In this document: positions 37,201 to 55,200 of the stretch, piece by piece
How positions within the stretch are numbered: position 1 is the stretch's first letter
Layout of the letters: each line of letters opens with the position of its first letter
Source: Eledone cirrhosa
Taxonomy: Eukaryota
Assembly: GCA_964016885.1 (NCBI GenBank)
Contig: OZ024741.1
Coordinates: 5,146,001-5,210,000 of the forward strand
Reading direction: 5' to 3'
DNA: 64,000 nucleotides
Notes under the pieces: model-generated
Databases searched by the model: none
What the model was told of the DNA's origin: nothing
The model's input: the letters and a program-made list of their open reading frames with translations, nothing else
Position numbers and translations under genes: made by a program

Positions 37201-40200
37201 CTCACAACTATATATACATATAATAAATACAACAAACAACTGCTAGGAACCTCACAACTATAAATACATATAATAAATACAACTAACAACTGCTAGGAAC
37301 CTCAGAACTATATATATATATATAATAAATACAACTAACAACTGCTAGGAACCTCACAACTATATATACATATAATAAATACAACTAACAACTGCTAGGA
37401 ACCTCAAAACTATAAATAAAGATAATAAATACAACTAACAATTGCTAGGATCCTCACAACTATATATACATATAATAAATACAACTAACAACTGCTAGGA
37501 GCCTCACAACTATATATACATATAATAAATACAACTAACAACTGCTAGGAACCTCACAACTATATATACATATAATAAATACAACTAACAACTGCTGGGA
37601 ACCTCACAACTATATATACATATAATAAATACGACTAACAACTGCTAGGAACCTCCCAACTATAAATACAGATAATAAATACAACTAACAACTGCTAGGA
37701 ACCTCAGAACTATAAATACATATAATAAATACAACTAACAACTGCTAGGAACCTGAGAACTATATATACATATAATAAATACAACTAACAACTGCTAGGA
37801 ACCTCACAACTATATATACATATAATAAATACAACTAACAACTGCTAGGAACCTCACAACTATATATAAATATAATAAATACAACTAACAACTGCTAGGA
37901 GCCTCACAACTATATATACATATAATAAATACAACTAACAACTGCTAGGACCCTCACAACTAGATATACATATAATAAATAAAACTAACAACTGCTAGGA
38001 GCCTCACAACTATAAATACATATAATAAATACAACTAACAACTGCTAGGAACCTCAGAACTATATATACATATAATAAATACAACTAACACCTGCTAGGA
38101 GCCTCACAACTATAAATACATATAATAAATACAACTAACAACTGCTAGGAGCTTCACAACTATAAATACATATAATAAATACAACTAACAACTGCTACGA
38201 ACCTCACAAGTATATATACATATAATAAATACAACTAACAACTGCTAGGAGCCTCACAACTATAAATACATATAATAAATACAACTAACAACTGCTAGGA
38301 ACCTCAGAACTATATATACATATAATACATAAAACTAACAACTGCTAGTAGCCTCACAACTATAAATACATATAATAAATACAACTAGCAACTGCTAGGA
38401 GCCTCACAACTATAAATACATATAATAAATACGACTAACAACTGCTAGGAACCTCAGAACTATATATACATATAATAAATACAACTAACAACTGCTAGGA
38501 ACCTCCCAACTATAAATACAGATAATAAATACAACTAACAACTGCTAGGAACCTCCCAACTATAAATACAGATAATAAATACAACTAACAACTGCTAGGA
38601 ACCTCCCAACTATGAATACATATAATAAATAAAACTAACAACTGCTAGGAACCTCCCAACTATAAATACAGATAATAAATACAACTAACAACTGCTAGGA
38701 ACCTCACAACTATATATACATATAATAAATACAACTAACAACTGCTAGGAACCTCACAACTATATATACATATAATAAATACAACTAACAACTGCTACGA
38801 ACCTCACAAGTATATATACATATAATAAATACAACTAACAACTGCTAGGAACCTCACAACTATATATACATATAATAAATACAACTAACAACTGCTACGA
38901 ACCTCACAAGTATAAATACATATAATAAATACAACAAACAACTGCTAGGAACCTCAGAACTATATATATATATATAATAAATACAACTAACAACTGCTAG
39001 GAACCTCACAACTATAAATACATGTAATAAAAACAACTAACAACTGCTAGGAACCTCACAACTATATATACATATAATAAATACAACTAACAACTGCTAG
39101 GAACCTCACAACTATATATACGTATAATAAATACAACTAACAACTGCTAGGAGCCTCACAACTATATATACATATAATAAATACAACTAACAACTGCTAG
39201 GACCCTCACAACTAGATATAAATATAATAAATAAAACTAATAACTGCTAGGAGCCTCACAACTATAAATACATATAATAAATACAACTAACAACTGCTAG
39301 GAACCACAGAACTATATATACATATAATAAATACAACTAACAACTGCTAGGAACCTCCCAACTATAAATACAGATAATAAATACAACTAACAACTGCAAG
39401 GAACCTCACAACTATAAATACATATAATAAATACAACAAACAACTGCTAGGAACCTCACAACTATATATACATATAATAAATACAACTAACAACTGCTAG
39501 GAACCTCACAACGATATTTACATATAATAAATACAACTAACAACTTCTAGGAGCCTCACAACTATATATACATATAATAAATACAACTAACAACTGCTAG
39601 GAACCTCACAACTAGATATACATATAATAAATAAAACTAACAACTGCTAGGAGGCTCACAACTATATATACATATAATAAATACTACTAACAACTGCTAG
39701 GAACCTCACAACTATATATACATATAATAAATACAACTAACAACAGCTAGGAACCTCACAACTATATATACATATAATAAATACAACTAACAACTGCTAC
39801 GAACCTCACAAGTATATATACATATAATAAATACAACTAACAACTGCTAGGAACCTCAGAACTATATATACATATAATAAATACAACTAACAACTGCTAG
39901 GAACCTCACAACTATATATACATATAATAAATACAACTAACAACTGCTAGGAACCTCACAACTATATATACATATAATAAATACAACAAACAACTGCTAG
40001 GAACCTCACAACTATAAATACATATAATAAATACAACTAACAACTGCTAGAAACCTCAGGACTATATATATATATATAATAAATACAACTAACAACTGCT
40101 AGGAACCTCACAACTATAAATACATGTAATAAAAACAACTAACAACTGCTAGGAACCTCAGAACTATATATACATATAATAAATGCAACTAACAACTGTT

Positions 40201-43200
40201 AGGAACCTCACAACTATATATACATATAATAAATACAACTAACAACTGCTAGGAACCTCACAACTATATATACATATAATAAATACAACAAACAACTGCT
40301 AGGAACCTCACAACTATAAATACATATAATAAATACAACTAACAACTGCTAGGAACCTCAGAACTATATATACATATAATACATAAAACTAACAACTGCT
40401 AGTAGCCTCACAACTATAAATACATATAATAAATACAACTAGCAACTGCTAGGAGCCTCACAACTATAAATACATATAATAAATACGACTAACAACTGCT
40501 AGGAACCTCAGAACTATATATACATATAATAAATACAACTAACAACTGCTAGGAACCTCCCAACTATAAATACAGATAATAAATACAACTAACAACTGCT
40601 AGGAACCTCCCAACTATAAATACAGATAATAAATACAACTAACAACTGCTAGGAACCTCCCAACTATAAATACATATAATAAATACAACTAACAACTGCT
40701 AGGAACCTCCCAACTATAAATACAGATAATAAATACAACTAACAACTGCTAGGAACCTCACAACTATATATACATATAATAAATACAACTAACAACTGCT
40801 AGGAACCTCACAACTATATATACATATAATAAATACAACTAACAACTGCTACGAACCTCACAAGTATATATACATATAATAAATACAACTAACAACTGCT
40901 AGGAACCTCACAACTATATATACATATAATAAATACAACTGCTAGGAACCTCACAACTATATATACATATAATAAATACAACTAACAACTGCTACGAACC
41001 TCACAAGTATAAATACATATAATAAATACAACAAACAACTGCTAGGAACCTCAGAACTATATATATATATATAATAAATACAACTAACAACTGCTAGGAA
41101 CCTCACAACTATAAATACATGTAATAAAAACAACTAACAACTGCTAGGAACCTCACAACTATATATACATATAATAAATACAAATAACAACTGCTAGGAA
41201 CCTCACAACTATATATACGTATAATAAATACAACTAACAACTGCTAGGAGCCTCACAACTATATATACATATAATAAATACAACTAACAACTGCTAGGAC
41301 CCTCACAACTAGATATACATATAATAAATAAAACTAATAACTGCTAGGAGCCTCACAACTATAAATACATATAATAAATACAACTAACAACTGCTAGGAA
41401 CCACAGAACTATATATACATATAATAAATACAACTAACAACTGCTAGGAACCTCCCAACTATAAATACAGATAATAAATACAACTAACAACTGCAAGGAA
41501 CCTCACAACTATAAATACATATAATAAATACAACAAACAACTGCTAGGAACCTCACAACTATATATACATATAATAAATACAACTAACAACTGCTAGGAA
41601 CCTCACAACGATATATACATATAATAAATACAACTAACAACTTCTAGGAGCCTCACAACTATATATACATATAATAAATACAACTAACAACTGCTAGGAA
41701 CCTCACAACTAGATATACATATAATAAATAAAACTAACAACTGCTAGGAGCCTCACAACTATATATACATATAATAAATACTACTAACAAATGCTAGGAA
41801 CCTCACAACTATATATACATATAATAAATACAACTAACAACAGCTAGGAACCTCACAACTATATATACATATAATAAATACAACTAACAACTGCTACGAA
41901 CCTCACAAGTATATATACATATAATAAATACAACTAACAACTGCTAGGAACCTCAGAACTATAATATACATATAATAAATACAACTAACAACTGCTAGGA
42001 ACCTCACAACTATATATACATATAATAAATACAACTAACAACTGCTAGGAACCTCACAACTATATATACATATAATAAATACAACTAACAACTGCTAGGA
42101 ACCTCAGAACTATATATACATATAATAAATACAACTAACAACTGCTAGGAACCTCACAACTATAAATACATATAATAAATACAACTAACAACTGCTAGAA
42201 ACCTCAGGACTATATATATATATATAATAAATACAACTAACAACTGCTAGGAACCTCACAACTATAAATACATGTAATAAAAACAACTAACAACTGCTAG
42301 GAACCTCAGAACTATATATACATATAATAAATGCAACTAACAACTGCTAGGAACCTCACAACTATATATACATATAATAAATACAACTAACAACTGCTAG
42401 GAACCTCACAACTATATATACATATAATAAATACAACAAACAACTGCTAGGAACCTCACAACTATAAATACAGATAATAAATACAACTAACAACTGCTAG
42501 GAACCTCAGAACTATATATATATATATATATAAGAAATACAACTAACAACTGCTAGGAACTTCACAACTATATATACATATAATAAATACAACTAACAAC
42601 TGCTAGGAACCTCACAACTATAAATAAAGATAATAAATACAACTAACAATTGCTAGGATCCTCACAACTATATATACATATAATAAATACAACTAACAAC
42701 TGCTAGGAGCCTCACAACTATATATACATATAATAAATACAACTAACAACTGCTAGGAACCTCACAACTTTATATACATATAATAAATACAACTAACAAC
42801 TTCTGGGAACCTCACAACTATATATACATATAATAAATACAACTAACAACTGCTAGGAACCTCCCAACTATAAATACAGATAATAAATACAACTAACAAC
42901 TGCAAGGAACCTCACAACTATAAATACATATAATAAATACAACTAACAACTGCTAGGAACCTGAGAACTATATATACATATAATAAATACAACTAACAAC
43001 TGCTAGGAACCTCCCAACTATAAATACAGATAATAAATACAACTAACAACTGCAAGGAACCTCACAACTATAAATACATATAATAAATACAACTAACAAC
43101 TGCTAGGAACCTCAGAACTATATATACATATAATAAATACAACTAACAACTGGTAGGAACCTCCCAACTATAAATACAGATAATAAATACAACTAACAAC

Positions 43201-46200
43201 TGCAAGGAACCTCACAACTATAAATACATATAATAAATACAACTAACAACTGCTAGGAACCTCAGAACTATATATACATATAATAAATACAACTAACAAC
43301 TGCTAGGAACCTCACAACTATATATACATATAATAAATACAACTAACAACTGCTAGGAACCTCACAACTATATATACATATAATAAATACAACTAACAAC
43401 TGCTAGGAGCCTCACAACTATATATACATATAATAAATACAACTAACAACTGCTAGGACCCTCACAACTAGATATACATATAATAAATAAAACTAACAAC
43501 TGCTAGGAGCCTCACAACTATAAATACATATAATAAATACAACTAACAACTGCTAGGAGCCTCACAACTATAAATACATATAATAAATACAACTAACAAC
43601 TGCTAGGAGCCTCACAACTATAAATACATATAATAAATACAACTAACAACTGCTACGAACCTCACAAGTATATATACATATAATCAATACAACTAACAAC
43701 TGCTAGGAGCCTCACAACAATAAATACATATAATAAATACAACTAACAACTGCTAGGAACCTCAGAACTATATATACATATAATACATAAAACTAACAAC
43801 TGCTAGGAGCCTCACAACTATAAATACATATAATAAATACAACTAGCAACTGCTAGGAGCCTCACAACTATAAATACATATAATAAATACAACTAACAAC
43901 TGATAGGAACCTCAGAACTATATATACATATAATAAATACAACTAACAACTGCTAGGAACCTCCCAACTATAAATACATATAATAAATACAACTAACAAC
44001 TGCTAGGAACCTCCCAACTATAAATACAGATAATAAATACAACTAACAACTGCTAGGAACCTCACAACTATATATACATATAATAAATACAACTAACAAC
44101 TGCTAGGAACCTCACAACTATATATACAGATAATAAATACAACTAACAACTGCTACGAACCTCACAAGTATATATACATATAATAAATACAACTAACAAC
44201 TGCTAGGAACCTCAGAACTATATATATATATATAATAAATACAACTAACAACTGCTAGGAACCTCACAACTATAAATACATGTAATAAAAACAACTAACA
44301 ACTGCTAGGAACCTCAGAACTATATATACATATAATAAATGCAACTAACAACTGCTAGGAACCTCACAACTATATATACATATAATAAATACAACTAACA
44401 ACTGCTAGGAACCTCACAACTATATATACATATAATAAATACTACTAACAACTGCTAGGAACCTCACAACTATATATACATATAATAAATACAACTAACA
44501 ACAGCTAGGAACCTCACAACTATATATACATATAATAAATACAACTAAGAACTGCTAGGAACCTCACAACTATATATACATATAATAATTACAACTAACA
44601 AATGCTAGGAACCTCACAACTATATATACATATAATAAATACAACTAACAACTTCTAGGAACCTCCCAACTATAAATAAAGATAATAAATACAACTAACA
44701 ACTGCTAGGAAACTCACAACAATATATACATATAATAAATACAACTAACAACTGCTAGGAACCTCACAACTATATATACATATAATAAATACAACTAACA
44801 ACTGCTAGGAACCTCACAACTATATATACATATAATAAATACAACTAATAACTGCTAGGACCCTCACAACTAGATATACATATAATAAATAAAACTAACA
44901 ACTGCTAGGAGCCTCACAACTATATATAAATATAATAAATACTACTAACAACTGCTAGGAATCTCACAACTATATATACATATAATAGATACAACTAACA
45001 ACTGCTAGGAATCTCACAACTATATATACATATAATAAATACAACTAACAACTGCTAGGAACCTCACAACTATATATACATATAATAAATACAACTAACA
45101 ACAGCTAGAACCTCACAACTATATATATACATATAATAAATACAACTAACAACTGCTAGGAACCTCACACCTATATATACATATAATAAATACAACTAAC
45201 AACTGCTAGGAACCTCACAACTATATATACATATAATAAATACAACAAACAACTGCTAGGAACCTCACAACTATATATACATATAATAAATACAACTAAC
45301 AACTGCTAGGAACCTCACAACTATATATACATATAATAAATACAACTAACAACTGCTAGGAGCCTCACAGCTATATATACATATAATAAATACAACTAAC
45401 AACTGCTAGGACCCTCACAACTAGATATACATATAATAAATAAAAGTAACAACTGCTAGGAGCCTCACAACTATATATACATATAATAAATACTACTAAC
45501 AACTGCTAGGAACCTCACAACTATATATACATATAATAAATACAACTAACAACAGCTAGGAACCTCACAACTATATATACATATAATAAATACAACTAAC
45601 AACTGCTAGGAACCTCACACCTATATATACATATAATAAATACAACTAACAACTGCTAGGAACCTCACAACTATAAATACATATAATAAATACAACTAAC
45701 AACGGCTAGGAAACTCCCAACTATATATATACATATAATAAATACAACTAACAACTGCTACGAACCTCACAAGTATATATACATATAATAAATACAACTA
45801 ACAAATGCTAGGAACCTCACAACTATATATACATATAATAAATACAACTGACAACTTCTAGGAACCTCCCAACTATAAATACAGATAATAAATACAACTA
45901 ACAACTGTTAGGAACCTCACAGCTATAAATACATATAATAAAAACCACTAACAACTGCTAGGAACCTCACAACTATAAATACATATAATAAATATAAATA
46001 ACAACTGCTAGGAACATCAGAACTATATATATATATATAATAAATACAACTAACAACTGCTAGGAACCTCAGAACTATATATACATATAATAAATACAAC
46101 TAACAACTGCTAGGAACCTCACAACTATAAATACATATAATAAAAACAACTAACAACTGCTAGGAACCTCAGAACTATATATATATATATAATAAATACA

Positions 46201-49200
46201 ACAACAACTGCTAGGAACCTCAGAACTATATATACATATAATAAATACAACAAACAACTGCTAGGAACTTCACAACTATATATACATATAATAAATACAA
46301 CTAACAACTGCTAGGTACCTCACAACTATAAATAAAGATAATAAATACAACTAACAATTGCTAGGATCCTCACAACTATATATACATATAATAAATACAA
46401 CTAACAACTGCTAGGAACCTCACAACTATAAATACATATAATAAATACAACTAACAACGGCTAGGAAACTCCCAACTATATATATACATATAATAAATAC
46501 AACCAACAACTGCTAGGAACCTCACAACTATAAATAAAGATAATAAATACAACTAACAATTGCTAGGATCCTCCCAACTATAAATACAGATAATAAATAC
46601 AACTAACAACTGCAAGGAACCTCACAACTATAAATACATATAATAAATACAACAAACAACTGCTAGGAACCTCACGACTATATATACATATAATAAATAC
46701 AACTAACAACTGCTAGGAGCCTCACAACTATATATACATATAATATATACAACTAACAACTGCTAGGACCCTCACAACTAGATATACATATAATAAAAAA
46801 AACTAACAACTGCTACGAGCCTCACAACTATATATACATATAATAAATACAACTAACAACTGCTAGGAACCTCAGAACTATATATACATATAATAAATAC
46901 AATTACAACTGCTAGGAACCTCACAACTATATATACATATAATAAATACAACTAACAACTGCTAGGAACCTCACAACTATATATACATATAATAAATACA
47001 ACAAACAACTGCTAGGAACCTCACAACTATAAATACAGATACTAAATACAACTAACAACTGCTAGGAACCTCACAACTATAAATACATATAATAAATACA
47101 ACTAACAACTGCTAGGAACCTCAGAACTATATATATATATATAATAAATACAACTAACAACTGCTAGGAACCTCACAACTATAAATACATGTAATAAAAA
47201 CAACTAACAACTGCTAGGAACCTCAGAACTATATATACATATAATAAATACAACTAACAACTGCTAGGAACCTCACAACTATATATACATATAATAAATA
47301 CAACTAACAACTGCTAGGAACCTCACAACTATATATACATATAATAAATACAACAAACAACAGCTAGGAACCTCACAACTATAAATACAGATAATAAATA
47401 CAACTAACAACTGCTAGGAACCTCAGAACTATATATATATATATATAATAAATACAACTAACAACTGCTAGGAACTTCACAACTATATATACATATAATA
47501 AATACAACTAACAACTGCTAGGAACCTCACAACTATAAATAAAGATAATAAATACAACTAACAATTGCTAGGATCCTCACAACTATATATACATATAATA
47601 AATACAACTAACAACTGCTAGGAGCCTCACAACTATATATACATATAATAAATACAACTAACAACTGCTAGGAATCTCACAACTATATATACATATAATA
47701 AATACAACTAACAACTGCTGGGAATCTCACAACTATATATACATATAATAAATACAACTAACAACTGCTAGGAACCTCCCAACTATAAATACAGATAATA
47801 AATACAACTAACAACTGCAAGGAACCTCACAACTATAAATACATATAATACATACAACTAACAACTGCTAGGAACCTCAGAACTATATATACATATAATA
47901 AATACAACTAACAACTGCTAGGAACCTCCCAACTATAAATACAGATAATAAATACAACTAACAACTGCAAGGAACCTCACAACTATAAATACATATAATA
48001 AATACAACAAACAACTGCTAGGAACCTCACAACTATATATACATATTATAAATACAACTAACAACTGCTAGGAACCTCACAACTATATATAAATATAATA
48101 AATACAACTAACAACTGCTAGGAGCCTCACAACTATATATACATATAATAAATACAACTAACAACTGCTAGGACCCTCACAACTAGATATACATATAATA
48201 AATAAAACTAACAACTGCTAGGAACCTCACACCTATATATACATATAATAAATACAACTAACAACTGCTAGGAACCTCACAACTATATATACATATAATA
48301 AATACAACAAACAACTGCTAGGAACCTCACAACTATATATACATATAATAAATACAACTAACAACTGCTAGGAACCTCACAACTATATATACATATAATA
48401 AATACAACTAACAACTGCTAGGAGCCTCACAGCTATATATACATATAATAAATACAACTAACAACTGCTAGGACCCTCACAACTAGATATACATATAATA
48501 AATAAAAGTAACAACTGCTAGGAGCCTCACAACTATATATACATATAATAAATACTACTAACAACTGCTAGGAACCTCACAACTATATATACATATAATA
48601 AATACAACTAACAACAGCTAGGAACCTCACAACTATATATACATATAATAAATACAACTAACAACTGCTAGGAACCTCACACCTATATATACATATAATA
48701 AATACAACTAACAACTGCTAGGAACCTCACAACTATAAATACATATAATAAATACAACTAACAACGGCTAGGAAACTCCCAACTATATATATACATATAC
48801 TAAATACAACTAACAACTGCTACGAACCTCACAAGTATATATACATATAATAAATACAACTAACAAATGCTAGGAACCTCACAACTATATATACATATAA
48901 TAAATACAACTGACAACTTCTAGGAACCTCCCAACTATAAATACAGATAATAAATACAACTAACAACTGCTAGGAACCTCACAGCTATAAATACATATAA
49001 TAAAAACCACTAACAACTGCTAGGAACCTCACAACTATAAATACATATAATAAATATAAATAACAACTGCTAGGAACCTCAGAACTATATATATATATAT
49101 AATAAATACAACTAACAACTGCTAGGAACCTCAGAACTATATATACATATAATAAATACAACTAACAACTGCTAGGAACCTCACAACTATAAATACATAT

Positions 49201-52200
49201 AATAAAAACAACTAACAACTGCTAGGAACCTCAGAACTATATATATATATATAATAAATACAACAACAACTGCTAGGAACCTCAGAACTATATATACATA
49301 TAATAAATACAACTAACAACTGCTAGGAACTTCACAACTATATATACATATAATAAATACAACTAACAACTGCTAGGAACCTCACAACTATAAATAAAGA
49401 TAATAAATACAACTAACAATTGCTAGGATCCTCACAACTATATATACATATAATAAATACAACTAACAACTGCTAGGAACCTCACAACTATAAATACATA
49501 TAATAAATACAACTAACAACGGCTAGGAAACTCCCAACTATATATATACATATAATAAATACAACTAACAACTGCTAGGAACCTCACAACTATAAATAAA
49601 GATAATAAATACAACTAACAATTGCTAGGATCCTCACAACTATATATACATATAATAAATACAACTAACAACTGCTAGGAACCTCACAACTATAAATAAA
49701 GATAATAAATACAACTAACAACTGCTAGGAATCTCCCAACTATAAATACAGATAATAAATACAACTAACAACTGCAAGGAACCTCACAACTATAAATACA
49801 TATAATAAATACAACAAACAACTGCTAGGAACCTCACGACTATATATACATATAATAAATACAACTAACAACTGCTAGGAGCCTCACAACTATATATACA
49901 TATAATAAATACAACTAACAACTGCTAGGACCCTCACAACTAGATATACATATAATAAAAAAAACTAACAACTGCTACGAGCCTCACAACTATATATACA
50001 TATAATAAATACAACTAACAACTGCTAGGAACCTCAGAACTATATATACATATAATAAATACAATTACAACTGGTAGGAACCTCACAACTATATATACAT
50101 ATAATAAATACAACTAACAACTGCTAGGAACCTCACAACTATATATACATATAATAAATACAACAAACAACTGCTAGGAACCTCACAACTATAAATACAG
50201 ATAATAAATACAACTAACAACTGCTAGGAATCTCACAACTATAAATACATATAATAAATACAACTAACAACTGCTAGGAACCTCAGAACTATATATATAT
50301 ATATAATAAATACAACTAACAACTGCTAGGAACCTCACAACTATAAATACATGTAATAAAAACAACTAACAACTGCTAGGAACCTCAGAACTATATATAC
50401 ATATAATAAATACAACTAACAACTGCTAGGAACCTCACAACTATATATACATATAATAAATACAACTAACAACTGCTAGGAACCTCACAACTATATATAC
50501 ATATAATAAATACAACAAACAACAGCTAGGAACCTCACAACTATAAATACAGATAATAAATACAACTAACAACTACTAGGAACCTCAGAACTATATATAT
50601 ATATATATAATAAATACAACTAACAACTGCTAGGAACTTCACAACTATATATACATATAATAAATACAACTAACAACTGCTAGGAACCTCAAAACTATAA
50701 ATAAAGATAATAAATACAACTAACAATTGCTAGGATCCTCACAACTATATATACATATAATAAATACAACTAACAACTGCTATGAGCCTCACAACTATAT
50801 ATACATATAATAAATACAACTAACAACTGCTAGGAATCTCACAACTATATATACATATAATAAATACAACTAACAACTGCTGGGAATCTCACAACTATAT
50901 ATACATATAATAAATACAACTAACAACTGCTAGGAACCTCCCAACTATAAATACAGATAATAAATACAACTAACAACTGCAAGGAATCTCACAACTATAA
51001 ATACATATAATAAATACAACTAACAACTGCTAGGGACCTCAGAACTATATATACATATAATAAATACAACTAACAACTGCTAGGAACCTCCCAACTATAA
51101 ATACAGATAATAAATACAACTAACAACTGCAAGGAACCTCACAACTATAAATACATATAATAAATACAACAAACAACTGCTAGGAACCTCACAACTATAT
51201 ATACATATTATAAATACAACTAACAACTGCTAGGAACCTCACAACTATATATACATATAATAAATACAACTAACAACTGCTAGGAGCCTCACAACTATAT
51301 ATACATATAATAAATACAACTAACAACTGCTAGGACCCTCACAACTAGATATACATATAATAAATAAAACTAACAACTGCTAGGAGCCTCACAACTATAA
51401 ATACATATAATAAATACAACTAACAACTGCTAGGAACCTAAGAACTATATATACATATAATAAATACAACTAACAACTGCTACGAACCTCACAACTATAT
51501 ATACATATAATAAATACGACTAACAACTGCTAGGAACCTCAGAACTATATATACATATAATAAATACAACAAACAACTGCTAAGAACCTCACAACTATAA
51601 ATACAGATAATAAATACAACTAACAACTGCTAGGAACCTCACAACTATAAATACATATAATAAATACAACTAACAACTCCTAGGAACCTCAGAACTATAT
51701 ATATATATATAATAAATACAACTAACAACTGCTAGGAACCTCACAACTATAAATACATGTAATAAAAACAACTAACAACTGCTAGGAACCTCAGAACTAT
51801 ATATACATATAATAAATACAACTAACAACTGCTAGGAACCTCACAACTATATATACATATAATAAATACAACTAACAACTGATAGGAACCTCACAACTAT
51901 ATAGACATATAATAAATACAACAAACAACTGCTAGGAACCTCACAACTATAAATACATATAATAAATACAACTAACAACTGCTAGGAACCTCACAACTAT
52001 AAATACATATAATAAATACAACTAACAACTGCTAGGAACCTCAGAACTATATATATATATATATAATAAATACAACTAACAACTGCTATGAACTTCACAA
52101 CTATATATACATATAATAAATACAACTAACAACTGCTAGGAACCTCACAACTATAAATAAAGATAATAAATACAACTAACAATTGCTAGGATCCTCACAA

Positions 52201-55200
52201 CTATATATACATATAATAAATACAACTAACAACTGCTGGGAACCTCACAACTATATATACATATAATACAACTAACAACTGCTAGGAACCTACCAAATAT
52301 AAATACAGATAATAAATACAACTAACAACTGCAAGGAACGTCACAACTATAAATACATATAATAAATACAACTAACAACTGCTAGGAACCTCAGAACTAT
52401 ATATACATATAATAAATACAACTAACAACTGCTAGGAACCTCCCAACTATAAATACATGTAATAAATACAACTAACAACTGCTAGGACCCTCACAACTAG
52501 ATATACATATAATAAATAAAACTAACAAGTGCTAGGAGCCTCACAACTATAAATACATATAATAAATACAACTAACAACTGCTAGGAACCTCAGAACTAT
52601 ATATACATATAATAAATACAACTAACAACTGCTAGGAACATCCCAACTATAAATACAGATAATAAATACAACTAACAACTGCAAGGAACCTCACAACTAT
52701 AAATACATATAATAAATACAACAAACAACTGCTAGGAACCTCACAACTATATATACATATAATAAATACAACTAACAACTGCTAGGAACCTCACAACTAT
52801 ATATACATATAATAAATACAAATAACAACTGCTAGGAGCCTCACAACTATATATACATATAATAAATACAACTAACAACTGCTAGGACCCTCACAACTAG
52901 ATATACATATAATAAATAAAACTAACAACTGCTAGGAGCCTCACAACTATATATACATATAATAAATACTACTAACAACTGCTAGGAACCTCACAACTAT
53001 ATATACATATAATAAATACGACTAACAACAGCTAGGAACCTCACAACTATATATACATATAATAAATACAACTAACAACTGCTACGAACCTCACAAGTAT
53101 ATATACATATAATAAATACAACTAACAACTGCTAGGAACCTCAGAACTATATATACATATAATAAATACAACTAACAACTGCTAGGAACCTCACAACTAT
53201 ATATACATATAATAAATACAACTAACAACTGCTACGAACCTCACAAGTATATATAGATATAATAAATACAACTAACAACTGCTAGGAACCTCACAACTAT
53301 ATATACATATAATAAATACAACAAACAACTGCTAAGAACCTCACAACTATATATACATATAATAAATACAACTAACAACTGCTACGAACCTCACAACTAT
53401 ATATACATATAATAAATACAACTAACAACTGCTAGGAACCTCACAACTATATATACATATAATAAATACAACTAACAACTGCTAGGAACCTCACAACTAT
53501 ATATACATATAATAAATACAACAAACAACTGCTAGGAACCTCACAACTATAAATACAGATAATAAATACAACTAACAACTGCTAGGACCCTCACAACTAT
53601 AAATACATATAATAAATACAACTAACAACTCCTAGGAACCTCAGAACTATATATATATATATATAATAAATACAACTAACAACTGCTAGGAACCTCACAA
53701 CTATAAATTCATGTAATAAAAACAACTAACAACTGCTAGGAACCTCAGAACTATATATACATATAATAAATACAACTAACAACTGCTAGGAACCTCACAA
53801 CTATATATGCATATAATAAATACAACTAACAACTACTAGGAACCTCACAACTATATATACATATAATAAATACAACAAACAACTGCTAGGAACCTCACAA
53901 CTATAAATACAGATAATAAATACAACTAACAACTGCTAGGAACCTCACAACTATAAATACATATAATAACTACAAATAACAACTGCTAGGAATCTCAGAA
54001 CTATATATACATATAATAAATACAACTAACAACTGCTAGGAACTTCACAACTATATATACATATAATAACTACAAATAACAACTGCTAGGAATCTCAGAA
54101 CTATATATACATATAATAAATACAACTAACAACTACTAGGAACCTCACAACTATAAATACATATAATAACTACAAATAACAACTGCTAGGAATCTCAGAA
54201 CTATATATACATATAATAAATACAACTAACAACTGCTAGGAACCTCACAACTATAAATACATATAATAACTACAAATAACAACTGCTAGGAATCTCAGAA
54301 CTATATATATATATAATAAATACAACTAACAACTGCTAGGAACTTCACAACTATATATACATATAATAAATACAACTAACAACTGCTAGGAACCTCACAA
54401 CTATAAATAAAGATAATAAATACAACTAACAATTGCTAGGATCCTCACAACTATATATACATATAATAAATACAACTAACAACTGCTAGGAGCCTCACAA
54501 CTATATATACATATAATAAATACAACTAACAACTGCTAGGGACCTCACAACTATATATACATATAATAAATACAACTAACAACTGCTGGGAACCTCACAA
54601 CTATATATACATATAATAAATACAACTAACAACTGCTAGGAACCTCCCAACTATAAATACAGATAATAAATACAACTAACAACTGCAAGGAACCTCACAA
54701 CTATATATACATATAATAAATACAACAAACAACTGCTAGTAACCTCACAACTATATATACATATAATAAATACAACTAACAACTGCTAGGAACCTCACAA
54801 CAATATATACATATAATAAATACATCTAACAACTGCTAGGAGCCTCACAACTATATATACATATAATAAATACAACTAACAACTGCTACGACCCTCAAAA
54901 CTAGATATACTTATAATAAATAAAACTAACAACTGGTAGGAGCCTCACAACTATAAATACATATAATAAATACAACTAACAACGGCTAGGAAACTCCCAA
55001 CTATATATATACATATAATAAATACAACTAACAACTGCTACGAACCTCATAAGTATATATACATATAGTAATTACAACTAACAAATGCTAGGAACCTCAC
55101 AACTATATATACATATAATAAATACAACTAACAACTTCTAGGAACCTCCCAACTATAAATAAAGATAATAAATACAACTAACAACTGCTAGGAACCTCAC

